Part shown: positions 17,020 to 27,290 of the stretch, in pieces
Layout: every line of letters starts with the position of its first letter
Numbering within the stretch: the first letter of the stretch is position 1
Virus record (IMG/VR): IMGVR_UViG_3300021960_000018
Origin: a virus
Length of the DNA: 64,000 nt
Strand: one strand, 5' to 3'
The notes under the pieces: generated by a model
Seen by the model: only the letters and a program-made list of their open reading frames with translations
What the model was told of the DNA's origin: nothing
Database searches by the model: none
Program-made: the position numbers and the translations under genes

Positions 17020-18357
17020 TTACTGAAGAATACCGTCGACGCGGAAGATTCTGTAGTAAGTGTTGCTACGAGCAGCGGCAAGACCGCTAGCAGGAGTAGC
17101 ACCAACGAATGGGTTCGAGACCATGCCGTAGCGGGTCTTGAAGCCAATTTTTGGCTGGAAGGTTTCTTCACCAACGGCACGAACCATGGTCAATGGAACG
17201 TATGGGCAGTAGAAGACGCCGGCGTCGTAAGCCGAAGTACCTTTGTAACCAACGTTGATGTAGTCGTTAGTAGCATATGGGTCGATATAGACCTTTGTGC
17301 GACCGTTTAGTGTACCAGCGTAGGTGTTGCCTGTGTCATCAACAGCAAGTGAAGTGTTGAGGGCAGGGGCGTAGTCTAGCATGCCGGTAGCCGAAAGAGC
17401 CGAAGCCACGTCCGAAGAAGTGATGATGAAGTTACCACGACCTCTACGAGTGTCTTTAGCAATCTGGTTGGCTTCACGCTCGAGCTGAACGATAAGACCT
17501 TTAAACTTCTCAACTGACCAACGGCCATCGGCGTCTGTCTCTAGGTCGAAGATACCGTTAACAGCAGTGTTAGCTGTCGAAGCACCAAGCTGAGCTTGCG
17601 AGTTAACAGTACGGATAACTTCGCGGTTGATTTCCGCAAGGATTTCCGTTGTTAGGATGTTAGCAAGCTCTGTCTCGGCGTCAAGACCATGAATAGCACG
17701 AAGGTCCTGAGCAAGTTCCATCGAGTATTCAGCTTTGAGCGCACGTGACTTGGCAGTAACGGTGGCTTTTTCGATGCTGAAACCCATTTCGCCGAACGAC
17801 TGACCGCCAGCACCGCCGAGGCCTTCAGCAGCAGCGGTCGAAAGGGTAGCAATGTTGGCCATTGGATCGGAGATCGAGTCAGAGATCGTGCCGTCGCCGT
17901 CGCCGTCAAGAGCAGTACCAAGACCCGATGGATCCGAACCCTGAGCAGTAACGCCTGAGTCGCCGCTGAAACCAGCAGCAGCTTCCGAGAAGAGAGCTTC
18001 CGCACCCGAAGAGACGCCAGCGCGTGTCGACTTGTAGCGTGACTTAAGAGCGAAGATAAGGCCGGTAGGACCAGTCATTGGCTGAACGCCAGCAATGTCG
18101 TAGGCGATCATGTTTGGCATCGCGCGACGAACGAGCGAGATAAGAACTGGGTTCCAGTTAGCAATGCCCGAACCAGTGTTCATGGTTGGGGTTTCCGCTA
18201 GGAAGTTCATAGCATTGCCTTCTTCACGGAAAGCAATTTCTTGGTTTTCAAGAAGCTGGGCTGTGACAGCTTTCTTATAACGGTCGGAGATCGAACCGGC
18301 GGTCTCTTCGTTGAGAACCGGAGCCCATTTCTCCATTAGTTTATCGTATGACTGCAT
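17020..18357 (-). CDS. gp23: Major capsid protein gp23
   Basis: LISLVRR, GVQPMTGPTGLIFA, KSRALKAEY, YCPYVPL, FQPKIGFKTRYG. Confidence 0.99.
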   Translation of the reverse strand: MQSYDKLMEKWAPVLNEETAGSISDRYKKAVTAQLLENQEIAFREEGNAMNFLAETPTMNTGSGIANWNPVLISLVRRAMPNMIAYDIAGVQPMTGPTGLIFALKSRYKSTRAGVSSGAEALFSEAAAGFSGDSGVTAQGSDPSGLGTALDGDGDGTISDSISDPMANIATLSTAAAEGLGGAGGQSFGEMGFSIEKATVTAKSRALKAEYSMELAQDLRAIHGLDAETELANILTTEILAEINREVIRTVNSQAQLGASTANTAVNGIFDLETDADGRWSVEKFKGLIVQLEREANQIAKDTRRGRGNFIITSSDVASALSATGMLDYAPALNTSLAVDDTGNTYAGTLNGRTKVYIDPYATNDYINVGYKGTSAYDAGVFYCPYVPLTMVRAVGEETFQPKIGFKTRYGMVSNPFVGATPASGLAAARSNTYYRIFRVDGILQ

Positions 18358-18379
18358 TTGTCATTACTCCTTAATTAAA

Positions 18380-19414
18380 TTATTTTTGTGTTTTTCTAAG
18401 AGCAGAAACGTAGGCTTCCATGATTGATGGGATAGCAACTTCCTCGGTATCACCCTCGTCAGCAGCTTCTTCAATCGCTTTAGCTTCGGTCTTGGTTTCA
18501 TTGAAGAATGACTCTTTAACAGTAGCAACTTTCTTAGCGAAAGAAACTTCGTCTTCGAATTCGATTTTCTCGCAAAGACCAGCAAGCTTTTCAGCTTGTG
18601 TATCAGCAAGACCTTTAGCGGCTTCGGCGATCACGCGCTCTCTTTTGAGAACTTCGATTTCTTCCGAAAGACCGATAGCGTCTTTGGTTGTCTTATTGAG
18701 TTTTTCTTCTAGTTCTTCAACTTGACCAGCTAGGTCATCAACTAGGTCAACTTTGCCTTCTGGAACTTCGATGTAAGATTCAGTGAATAGATTCTTAAGG
18801 CTATTCATGAAACCTTCAGCGATTTCTGTACGAAGACCGTTCTGAATGGCGACTTTGTTTTCTTCCATCCAGTTTTCGACCACGTAGTTTAGGTAGCTGT
18901 CGATTTTCTCAACCATTGATTCTTTCATGGTCTTGACTTCTTCAGCTAGTTCTTCCTTGTACTGTTCATCGAGACGCTCAACTTCTTCAGCGATCTTGGC
19001 GTTAACAGCGGTTTCAAATAGAACCGCGGTCTTTTCCTTGAACTCTTCAGAAAGTGTAGCCTCGTTGTCGACAAGATGCTTGAGTTCTGAATTAACGTCA
19101 ATCTGAGCTTCCGAAACAACAGCTGTTTCTTCTTCTTCAAATTCCACGTCTTCGTGCATACCCTTGTACATTGCCTGAAGCGACTGCTTGTTCATTCCAG
19201 ACATTTTTGTATACATGGCGTTAATCATTCCAGCCTTTGTTTTTGGCATTGGCTCGGAATTTCTTTTATCGCCAGTACGGGTAGCAGCTTGGCCTGGGCC
19301 GGTGGCTGCAGCTTTATCTACTGAGGCAACCGACTGAGCTTCAGCGTTTTTAGGATCGTGAGCTTCCTCGATATCATCAAGCTCAACATCCTGTTCCTGA
19401 ATTTGATCAGTCAT
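18380..19414 (-). CDS. gp22: Prohead core scaffold gp22
   Basis: LSEEFKEK..FE, DSYLNYVVENW, acidic coiled coil. Confidence 0.94.
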   Translation of the reverse strand: MTDQIQEQDVELDDIEEAHDPKNAEAQSVASVDKAAATGPGQAATRTGDKRNSEPMPKTKAGMINAMYTKMSGMNKQSLQAMYKGMHEDVEFEEEETAVVSEAQIDVNSELKHLVDNEATLSEEFKEKTAVLFETAVNAKIAEEVERLDEQYKEELAEEVKTMKESMVEKIDSYLNYVVENWMEENKVAIQNGLRTEIAEGFMNSLKNLFTESYIEVPEGKVDLVDDLAGQVEELEEKLNKTTKDAIGLSEEIEVLKRERVIAEAAKGLADTQAEKLAGLCEKIEFEDEVSFAKKVATVKESFFNETKTEAKAIEEAADEGDTEEVAIPSIMEAYVSALRKTQK

Positions 19415-19424
19415 GTTTAACTCC

Positions 19425-20081
19425 TTATTTATTTTTGATCAACGAGAGGAAATTCTTGTATTCACGAACCTGTGCTTCGTAAAGCCCTGCGCGTGACGTT
19501 TTCTTAATTTCAGTCTCAATTCTTTCAATCTCTCGTGCCTCAATGATGCCATTATTCCAAACCCATTCAACACCCTCCATAATCCCATTAACGAATGCTT
19601 GGGGTGCAGATGGATCCTGAACAATGTCTACGGTAGCAAGGTGGAAATCCTCCTTGACATACATAACACCATTTCGTTGCTCGAGACTTCCCATACCACG
19701 AGTCGACACACCTAGTTGTACTCCGCCCTCAAGTAAACCTTTTACAATTTTACCCATAGGAGTATCTAGTACTTGTGCCTTACCCATAACATTATTTCCC
19801 TCAAATCTGAGTTCAGTAATCTTATGAGATACTTTATCCAAGTTAATGGTAGGACCGTCTGGGTGATTTAACTCCCCAACGGCACGACCCTTGGAAACCT
19901 GTTCTGTAACGTATTTGTTCACCGCCGATTCCATAATGGGGCGTGGATAAATTCTTCCGTTACGATTCTTCTGATCAGCCTGAGCAAAAATACCTTCAAT
20001 GACGAAATTCTTTTCGCCATTCTCTTTTGCTTCTACGATACATTGAATATCGTTTTCTACATATTCGCTGATCAGCTTCAT
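19425..20081 (-). CDS. gp21: Prohead protease gp21
   Basis: NRNGRIY, GELNHP, GVSTRGMGS, DPSAP. Confidence 0.97.
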   Translation of the reverse strand: MKLISEYVENDIQCIVEAKENGEKNFVIEGIFAQADQKNRNGRIYPRPIMESAVNKYVTEQVSKGRAVGELNHPDGPTINLDKVSHKITELRFEGNNVMGKAQVLDTPMGKIVKGLLEGGVQLGVSTRGMGSLEQRNGVMYVKEDFHLATVDIVQDPSAPQAFVNGIMEGVEWVWNNGIIEAREIERIETEIKKTSRAGLYEAQVREYKNFLSLIKNK

Positions 20082-20085
20082 TTAA

Positions 20086-20373
20086 TTAATCCTCGTCTTC
20101 AATATCGTCAAAATCGATATTTTCTAGATCTTCATCTGTAATTTCAAAGTCTTCATCGTCTTCCTCGCCGGAGACTACAATTTCGTCGCCTTCTAGTTCT
20201 TCCTCTTCGGGTTGAACTACGCGACCACCATTAAAAATGTCTGCAGCTAAACCAATTTTTTCTTGCTCTAGTGCATCCGATACTTTATCGTCAATAGCAT
20301 TTTTAAAAATGTCATTGGCTTTATTAAAGTTATCGTCCATGACAAATTGAATCATATCCTCAATTTCACTCAT
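20086..20373 (-). CDS. Small acidic prohead core protein (gp67-like position)
   Basis: Acidic 95 aa between gp20 and gp21 with its own late promoter. Confidence 0.65.
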   Translation of the reverse strand: MSEIEDMIQFVMDDNFNKANDIFKNAIDDKVSDALEQEKIGLAADIFNGGRVVQPEEEELEGDEIVVSGEEDDEDFEITDEDLENIDFDDIEDED

Positions 20374-20391
20374 TTTATACTCCTTGTATAT

Positions 20392-20399
20392 TATTTATA
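20392..20399 (-). promoter_or_regulatory. T4 late promoter TATAAATA
   Basis: Exact consensus. Confidence 0.8.
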
Positions 20400-20411
20400 C
20401 ATTTTAAAATT

Positions 20412-22064
20412 TTAACGTTTATTTTGAACTAATTTAGCAATATTTGAGGCATTACCTCTGATTGTCACATGATTAGGATCCTCTTTATTCTTAGCCTGCT
20501 CTTTTTCTCTTTGAGCTTGAGCTAAAGCCATTTGATTGTCCTGATCTTGTTGCGCTGCAGCAGCTTGATTCCGTTCTTCTTCATCATTTGCTGCAGCAGT
20601 TTCAGCAGACACTTTCTCTAGTTCTTTAATATCGTCGTCGTCATATCTTAATACGTTTTTCAGTACCCATTCTTTAGTAAAGTATTCACCAACATACTGG
20701 TTAACCATATCCAGTGTCTGTACCTTTTCACGCAAGATATCGTTTTCTTTTAATTCGGCAAAGTGATTGTCGCGGATGTAATCAACCACGATATCATTCT
20801 TCCATTGTTGCCAATCTTCCTCTGTAATTATACCTTTCATAACAAGCTGTTTCTTTAATAGCTCTAGGAACAATTTAGAGAATTTTTTACGTAGTTTATC
20901 GATAAACTTTTGGAACTTAACCTCATCACGAGTAATCTCTGATGATCTACCAAGTGAGAACTGTGACTCTTGCTCAAGTCTATTTAGAGGAACGTTAAGC
21001 GATCTATATAGACGCTTCTGGAAGTAGATAACGTCATCGATCTGACCAAGGTTTTCACCACCAGGAAGACTAGTAATCTCTGTGCTTCTACCACCTTCAC
21101 GGCGTGGGAGCCAGTAATCTTCAAGCATTGACATGTGTTTCCGTTCATCACGAATAACACCAGTCTCAGAATCGTAAACAAGCTTGTTACGATACTTAGT
21201 CATAATACCTTTTAGATATTCTTCAGCTTTATTCTTTGGCAAGTTACCAACATCGATGTAAAAAATACGACGCTCAGGCGCACGTGCGAGACGATAGATA
21301 ACTAGCGAATCTTCCATCATGCGGAGCTGGTTAACTGGCTTAAGAGCTTTATGAAGATATGAAACTACTTTTTTACGTGTCTCATCCAATAAACCTGAAG
21401 AAACATAGCTGACAGAATCAAGCGTCATCTTGACAGCATTGTTTGTATTTGATCCAGGTTTTTCCTGATAGATGTAATATTCTTCGACTCCGTTTACAAG
21501 TTGTGCACCTGTAGATTCATCTTTTTTGTATTTAACTTCACGAACTTTACGAATCTTAGTAGCATCAATAAATCTGAGTTCCTTGATACCAGCCTTCAAA
21601 TTAGATGGATCTACGATGATATGGTGAACTAGGCGTCCATCCACATACCATCTGCGGAACATATCGTGACCATTATCGTTAAAATTTAACATTGAAACGA
21701 TATCGTCAAATTCTTCTTTCATCGAATTCTTAATCTTGTCAGAAGCTTCCACTTTATCTAATACAAGATCAACAGACGATTCAAGTTCTGAAACCGAAAT
21801 AGATTCATTAACAATTTCTTCAATCGCCATATCTACTTCAGGATGCATCGAAATGCCTCTATATTTTAGGATCAGCTGATGGTTATCTTTTGCATGATCA
21901 CCATCAATATCTACATAATGTCCATAGATCCCAGAAGCTGACGCTGTAACATAGCCTGCACCATCCTCATCGGTAGGTGGCACAACTGATACTACTTTTT
22001 CGCTCTGAGGAGCTTTGGCTCTTTTAATCTCAAAGCCAAATAAGCGAATACTATTTTCTGCCAT
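20412..22064 (-). CDS. gp20: Portal protein gp20 (start probably 22064)
   Basis: LFGF, RWYVDGR, YRLARAPERRIFYIDVGN, EDYWLPRREGG. Confidence 0.98.
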   Translation of the reverse strand: MAENSIRLFGFEIKRAKAPQSEKVVSVVPPTDEDGAGYVTASASGIYGHYVDIDGDHAKDNHQLILKYRGISMHPEVDMAIEEIVNESISVSELESSVDLVLDKVEASDKIKNSMKEEFDDIVSMLNFNDNGHDMFRRWYVDGRLVHHIIVDPSNLKAGIKELRFIDATKIRKVREVKYKKDESTGAQLVNGVEEYYIYQEKPGSNTNNAVKMTLDSVSYVSSGLLDETRKKVVSYLHKALKPVNQLRMMEDSLVIYRLARAPERRIFYIDVGNLPKNKAEEYLKGIMTKYRNKLVYDSETGVIRDERKHMSMLEDYWLPRREGGRSTEITSLPGGENLGQIDDVIYFQKRLYRSLNVPLNRLEQESQFSLGRSSEITRDEVKFQKFIDKLRKKFSKLFLELLKKQLVMKGIITEEDWQQWKNDIVVDYIRDNHFAELKENDILREKVQTLDMVNQYVGEYFTKEWVLKNVLRYDDDDIKELEKVSAETAAANDEEERNQAAAAQQDQDNQMALAQAQREKEQAKNKEDPNHVTIRGNASNIAKLVQNKR

Positions 22065-22090
22065 TTCTGTTTCCTTAATCACACGGGTTA

Positions 22091-22124
22091 GGAAGGGCGT
22101 TTCCGCCCTTCCAAATTATTTATA
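22091..22124 (-). promoter_or_regulatory. Late promoter TATAAATA (22117-22124) followed by 9 bp hairpin
   Basis: GGAAGGGCG-TTTC-CGCCCTTCC at 22091-22112. Confidence 0.7.
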
Positions 22125-22131
22125 AGACCAA

Positions 22132-22659
22132 TTAACCTTTGATTAGATCAGGAGTAGTCCAGTACTGATACTGGAACGTAATCTGATATTCTTCCAATTG
22201 GTTTTCGTTATCGTACGACACTGAGATCGGGCCTAGATCTGAAGGCCAAGCTTCCACAAACTCATAGCTTCTAGTATCTGAACCATCGCGATTCAGTTGA
22301 TGAACTTTGAGCGTACCGAAATAGCCATCATTTAGACCTTGGTTATCTTCATGATTGTTAATTAAGCTCATCCAACGCTCTACGAACTTACGGATGGTAA
22401 AATTAGCATCATTGATAACTGTAACAGTCCATGGATCAAACGTTCTATCACCAGAAACCTTAAGCTGACGCCCGCGGAATGGAATAATGATAGGAGTAAT
22501 CGTTGAACCTGGCATTTCTGCAGTTTTGATAAGGAAGCTGGATTCTTCAGAAATCGCACCTAGTGGCGAGTTCGTAATCTCAGCGCGGAAGAGGTTGGCG
22601 CGAGCGCCACCCCCGATTAGTTTCTTTTTGAAATCTAAGACGTTGGTAACTTGAGCCAT
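22132..22659 (-). CDS. gp19: Tail tube protein gp19
   Basis: GGGARANLF, PFRGRQLKVSGDRTFDPWTVT. Confidence 0.96.
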   Translation of the reverse strand: MAQVTNVLDFKKKLIGGGARANLFRAEITNSPLGAISEESSFLIKTAEMPGSTITPIIIPFRGRQLKVSGDRTFDPWTVTVINDANFTIRKFVERWMSLINNHEDNQGLNDGYFGTLKVHQLNRDGSDTRSYEFVEAWPSDLGPISVSYDNENQLEEYQITFQYQYWTTPDLIKG

Positions 22660-22674
22660 TTTCGGTATCTCCTA

Positions 22675-24498
22675 TTATACTCTGCCAACAACTTCTTCGA
22701 ACGAAACGCCAGAGCGAACCGAGATGAAGTTGAGGGTAATGAAGTTGATAGACCGAGAAGGCTTAATGAACACAGACGCAATAAATTCGTTGTTGTCAAC
22801 GACTGCAGCAGTGTTGTTCGTCTCGTCACATACGACGCGGAAGTCTTGAATACCTCTACGAGCTTGAATATCTCTTAGATATGCTTCAACTACCGAAGTA
22901 AACTCTGAACGAGTAAATTCATCGTTGAATTCAAACATAACTGTTTTAGCATATGCTACGATATCTTTTTCAATCTTGAGGAACAGTCTACGTACGTTAA
23001 TACGGTCGAATGCACTTGGTCTATTTAGTTTTGTTTTATCACCGTATAGAAGTGTACCTTGACCGACAAGAGTAGCAATAGGGTTAACCCCGGCTTTATA
23101 GAGAGTATCTCTTTCAGTTTTATTGGGGTTCCAAGCCAATCCTGTAACACCTAGGTATTGGCCGCGGCTTTGACCGGCAGGTGACCACCAAGGTCCAGCA
23201 TTTGCATCAGTAGCTGCCATTAAGCCGGCAGTGGAAGAAGCGGCTGGGATCCAGATGTATTGATCGTTATACTTATCGTAAATTTTAAAGAAGTTACCAT
23301 CCACAGCAAGATATGAAGAGTTAGTAAACGAATTAGCGCAGAGCGCGATATTAGTAGAAATACCCGCTTTTGCTGTGTTAATTATACCGGCTCTATTAGT
23401 AGATGATACTACAATGCAATCTTTACGAGAAGCGGCAATAGCTACTAAATCATTAGTGGCAGACACTTGATCGTTAAAGGTACCCATTGGAGGTGCAATT
23501 AAAATATCTACTGAAAGAGTTTCAGGATCCTCAAATCTATCTTGAGCTCTTAACTGATCTGCAAGAGCTAGAGTGCCGCTATTTACACCATTGCCTAAAG
23601 TATAAGTTCTAACTGGCAAATTGTTCGTATAAGTTTTAGCCGAACCGGCTGTAGTAGCAGTACCTAGATTTGATGAAAGACCCCATTCGTCGCTGTCGAA
23701 AGATAGAGAAGAACCGAACGAGGAAAAATAGATATAATTAGATCTTTCGTTAATGATATCTCGAATATAATTACCATCACCATCATGATCTTTTGCATCT
23801 GATGCAGTAGAAACATATGGATATTTTTCTAAAATAGTTCCGGCTGTACCACTAATAGTTCCGTTTTTATCAATGACTACTACGTGGACTTCGTCCCAAG
23901 CGCCATCTCTAGCACTTACGTAATCAGATGTACCTGGAGCCCCATCAAATTCATTTTTATAAGCCCATGCATTAAACACTGCGTTAGCATCTGAATCACC
24001 TGGGCAAATCTGAACTTCTAGGCTATTGCCTAAAGTGCCGGGATAGCGAGCGATAAGTGTATGACCGCGAACTGCATTGCCATCGCTATCGCCAGAATAA
24101 TCATCAAGATTAACGTCTTGAATATCGAAATCAGATTTATTCTTTACTAGTGGGGAAGTTGTAGCGGCATCGCCTGCCGAAGAAACTGGGGCGTAAGCGT
24201 TTCTGGCGCTAGCATCGCTTGCCGAATCGCCATCAATTTCTCTAACTACATATAGTGCATTAGCATACTTTAGGAAGTATGATGCGCTATGAAAATCAAT
24301 TGTATTTGCTGTGGTTGGCGCACCGAAAACCGATACAAGACCAGCTTCATTTGAAACTAGGATTGGCTCAGCAACGGGACCCCAACTAAAATTGCCTGCA
24401 ATACCGCCGGTTGATCCGACTTGGTTAGGAACTGATCCGGTTAGATCAATCTCCCTAAAGTTTACTGCAGGAGAAGCGGAAGGAATTCCTAATGCCAT
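22675..24498 (-). CDS. gp18: Tail sheath protein gp18
   Basis: SPAV..REID, FSWGP, WWSPAG, FDRINVRRLF, IKPSRSINFI. Confidence 0.97.
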   Translation of the reverse strand: MALGIPSASPAVNFREIDLTGSVPNQVGSTGGIAGNFSWGPVAEPILVSNEAGLVSVFGAPTTANTIDFHSASYFLKYANALYVVREIDGDSASDASARNAYAPVSSAGDAATTSPLVKNKSDFDIQDVNLDDYSGDSDGNAVRGHTLIARYPGTLGNSLEVQICPGDSDANAVFNAWAYKNEFDGAPGTSDYVSARDGAWDEVHVVVIDKNGTISGTAGTILEKYPYVSTASDAKDHDGDGNYIRDIINERSNYIYFSSFGSSLSFDSDEWGLSSNLGTATTAGSAKTYTNNLPVRTYTLGNGVNSGTLALADQLRAQDRFEDPETLSVDILIAPPMGTFNDQVSATNDLVAIAASRKDCIVVSSTNRAGIINTAKAGISTNIALCANSFTNSSYLAVDGNFFKIYDKYNDQYIWIPAASSTAGLMAATDANAGPWWSPAGQSRGQYLGVTGLAWNPNKTERDTLYKAGVNPIATLVGQGTLLYGDKTKLNRPSAFDRINVRRLFLKIEKDIVAYAKTVMFEFNDEFTRSEFTSVVEAYLRDIQARRGIQDFRVVCDETNNTAAVVDNNEFIASVFIKPSRSINFITLNFISVRSGVSFEEVVGRV

Positions 24499-24554
24499 TG
24501 GATGTTCTCCTTAAAAATTATACGTATAATCATCATAAGAATGTTCATTACTAT

Positions 24555-24562
24555 TATTTATA
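24555..24562 (-). promoter_or_regulatory. T4 late promoter TATAAATA
   Basis: Exact consensus upstream of gp18. Confidence 0.8.
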
Positions 24563-24566
24563 ATAT

Positions 24567-26165
24567 TTAAAAATTTCGATGTGTTGGATCAATTGCCCAC
24601 TCCCAATCATCGTTTTTACGAGCTTGTTCGATTGCCGCAATTTCATCTTCGTTGTCATTAATGAATCCGAATGGTAATACATCATCCTCGATGGCTTTCA
24701 TATTTTGTTCAAATAGCATTTGTTTAATATTAATATCAGTAATATCCGCAAAGTAACTAGTGCTAATAAAATAACCAAATAAAACTAGATTCATTACTAG
24801 GTCGTCGTGGTTACCATCACTAGCTTCATAGGATTGACCTTTGGCTACAAACGTACTAATTTCTAGAATTGTATTTTGATCTACGATTTCTAATTTTTTA
24901 TTCTCGAGTACATCTTTAAATCCCGAACATCCGATACGTTTTACTTTTCTATTCATATTAATGCCGAGTGAATTCGCTTTAATCGCAGACTCAACAAACA
25001 TATTTTCATATTCTAGGTCCATATAAAGACCATTACATACCAATTGTCCAGCATCATTATTCTCAATAATTACTAAAGCTTCGTTGTAAGAAGTTGCGTA
25101 CTTATAAATAATATTGGGGAAGAGGATAGGAGAGATAGTATTATTTCGATAAACCGCGACCTGTTTCCAAGGTCTACATGTTACATCGATCACATTAAAA
25201 GTAGAATAATCCAGACCTCTTCCCTTCGCAACATCCACTAACATAATATACTCGTGGTTTTTAATTGCCTCTTCATAAATGAAAACATCATCTGCGGTTC
25301 TCATTTTATAAGGCATAGATCTAAGCGACATAAGAGTATCCGCAGAGATCAACGTATCCCCAGTACCAAAGAATGTATTACCAAATTCCTGGTCGAACTG
25401 AAGCTGTGAAGTATTTGCAATAGTCTTCCGCTTCCATTCTTCATCTCTTCCTGGTACCATCCACCAATCAACTCGGAATGGTTTATATTCGCTTACACCT
25501 TGTACTGCGCTTTCCCATATTTTATGGAACATATTACCAATACCATTTGCGGTAGAGGTAATAATAATGCGAGTGTCTTTACCAGATGAAATAACAGGAT
25601 ATGTTGAAGTATAGAATTCAGTAGCACGTTCTACGAATGCAAATTCGTCTAGATAAAGTAGGTTAACGGACATACCGCGAATCGAGCTACCAGAAGTCGC
25701 TCGTGCTATGATACGAGAATTATTACTAAATTCTAATGAACCCTTATTTAAAACCTTTGTACCAGGCTGTAAAAAGAATGGGAGATTTTCTAGCATAAGG
25801 GTCACGCGGGCGAGCATCTCCCGCGCGGTATCACCTTTGTTGGCTAGAATAGCAACTGTCTTATCTGGATGAAAGATAGCATACCAGAGAAGATAAGCTA
25901 CAGATGAAATAGACTTACCAGACTGACGACATGCTAGAACAACGGAAAATCGATTCGAATTAAAATGGTCAAACATTTCCGTTTGATATGGATAAAGATC
26001 AAACGGCACAAGACCTTTATCCAGAGAAATTACTTTACAGTATGCTCTGGCGAAATAACTGGCATCCTGAGAACATTTAACATATTCTTGGATTTCTCTT
26101 TGCGTGAAATTATGGATAACGCCATCTGCTTTAATGCTGGCATTACCATTATATGAATCATTCAT
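24567..26165 (-). CDS. gp17: Terminase large subunit gp17
   Basis: RQSGKS, LDEFAF, ITSTANG, DVAKG, HDDLVM. Confidence 0.98.
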   Translation of the reverse strand: MNDSYNGNASIKADGVIHNFTQREIQEYVKCSQDASYFARAYCKVISLDKGLVPFDLYPYQTEMFDHFNSNRFSVVLACRQSGKSISSVAYLLWYAIFHPDKTVAILANKGDTAREMLARVTLMLENLPFFLQPGTKVLNKGSLEFSNNSRIIARATSGSSIRGMSVNLLYLDEFAFVERATEFYTSTYPVISSGKDTRIIITSTANGIGNMFHKIWESAVQGVSEYKPFRVDWWMVPGRDEEWKRKTIANTSQLQFDQEFGNTFFGTGDTLISADTLMSLRSMPYKMRTADDVFIYEEAIKNHEYIMLVDVAKGRGLDYSTFNVIDVTCRPWKQVAVYRNNTISPILFPNIIYKYATSYNEALVIIENNDAGQLVCNGLYMDLEYENMFVESAIKANSLGINMNRKVKRIGCSGFKDVLENKKLEIVDQNTILEISTFVAKGQSYEASDGNHDDLVMNLVLFGYFISTSYFADITDINIKQMLFEQNMKAIEDDVLPFGFINDNEDEIAAIEQARKNDDWEWAIDPTHRNF

Positions 26166-26520
26166 CTTTCTTATAGTCGTTTATATCAATTACATTATCA
26201 TTTTGTTGTCTACTACTTAATAACATTTTTTGAAGTTCTGCCGTAGAACCCACAAATAAATTATTTGTAGTTTGTGGTAATGCAGGAATATCTTTTTTCT
26301 GCATATCCTTTTTCTTTTTATGTACGTCCATAAGTCTATCGTTCACATCACTGATGTGTTTAATTAGTCCACCTAAAACTTCAAAAGATCTTGGGTGCTG
26401 GGTTTGATCTGCTACGTCTAGCATACCTTGCAATGCTTCTTGACCCGTAGCGATTAGATCTAAGTAAACTTTGCGGGAATATTCAAAATCATCTTGTACT
26501 TGTTTATCAGAATCTTCCAT
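26158..26520 (-). CDS. gp16: Terminase small subunit gp16
   Basis: DFEYSR, HPRSFEV, NNLFVGSTAELQK. Confidence 0.94.
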   Translation of the reverse strand: MEDSDKQVQDDFEYSRKVYLDLIATGQEALQGMLDVADQTQHPRSFEVLGGLIKHISDVNDRLMDVHKKKKDMQKKDIPALPQTTNNLFVGSTAELQKMLLSSRQQNDNVIDINDYKKDE

Positions 26521-26528
26521 ATCATTTC

Positions 26529-27290
26529 CTATGGCACATCATTAATTGTAGTTATAGTAAATCCATAATCCGAATCTGGATCAACATCTGATGGATTCGG
26601 TACTATAGTATACTTACTTACTCTACCATCAGAATCGCCCATTAAATAAAAATTAGTTTGGATTTCGCGAATAATTTTACTATCACCGATAGGACCATAA
26701 AACATAGTTTTCATCTCAAAATCTAATGTATATGTTATAGTTCTACGGCTTTCTACAGCACCTTCGAAGTCATCAGAGAAGGTAGATCCTACAATAGTAA
26801 TTGGAACATCTTCTTTAATATTAGGATAACTTGCAAAAGGTTTAAGCGATAGAGAATATTGAGGACTAAAATATGGAATGATTTGTTCCACAATTTGTAA
26901 AGCATCATCTTGCGTATCAGCATAAATGTTTAAGCTAAAAAATACGTTATAAGGAACGCCAGCATAAAATACTTTTTTATTCGTATCTGTATCATATGCA
27001 GAAAACTTATTGGTCTTTGCAACCATACGAGTCGAATCATATTGAAGAGATGTAATCTCAAATGACATTCTGGGAAGTTTAAGAGCAATTGATTGATCAG
27101 TGTCTAGATTTTGTTGAGCGCGAATTCTTTCTAGATATTTTTCTCTTGGTGCATATGCAAGAGGAACTTTTACTTGACTGATTACATTACCAGAAGAATT
27201 CTGACGGATCACGTATAGATTATTAAATAGCGACCCAAAGGCTGCTACTGATTTACGTAAACGCTGATGATAAAAGTGTGTCCCGAACAT
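26529..27290 (-). CDS. gp15: Tail sheath stabiliser/completion gp15
   Basis: FGSLFN, KVPLAY, LPRMSFE, QIVEQIIPYF. Confidence 0.95.
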   Translation of the reverse strand: MFGTHFYHQRLRKSVAAFGSLFNNLYVIRQNSSGNVISQVKVPLAYAPREKYLERIRAQQNLDTDQSIALKLPRMSFEITSLQYDSTRMVAKTNKFSAYDTDTNKKVFYAGVPYNVFFSLNIYADTQDDALQIVEQIIPYFSPQYSLSLKPFASYPNIKEDVPITIVGSTFSDDFEGAVESRRTITYTLDFEMKTMFYGPIGDSKIIREIQTNFYLMGDSDGRVSKYTIVPNPSDVDPDSDYGFTITTINDVP

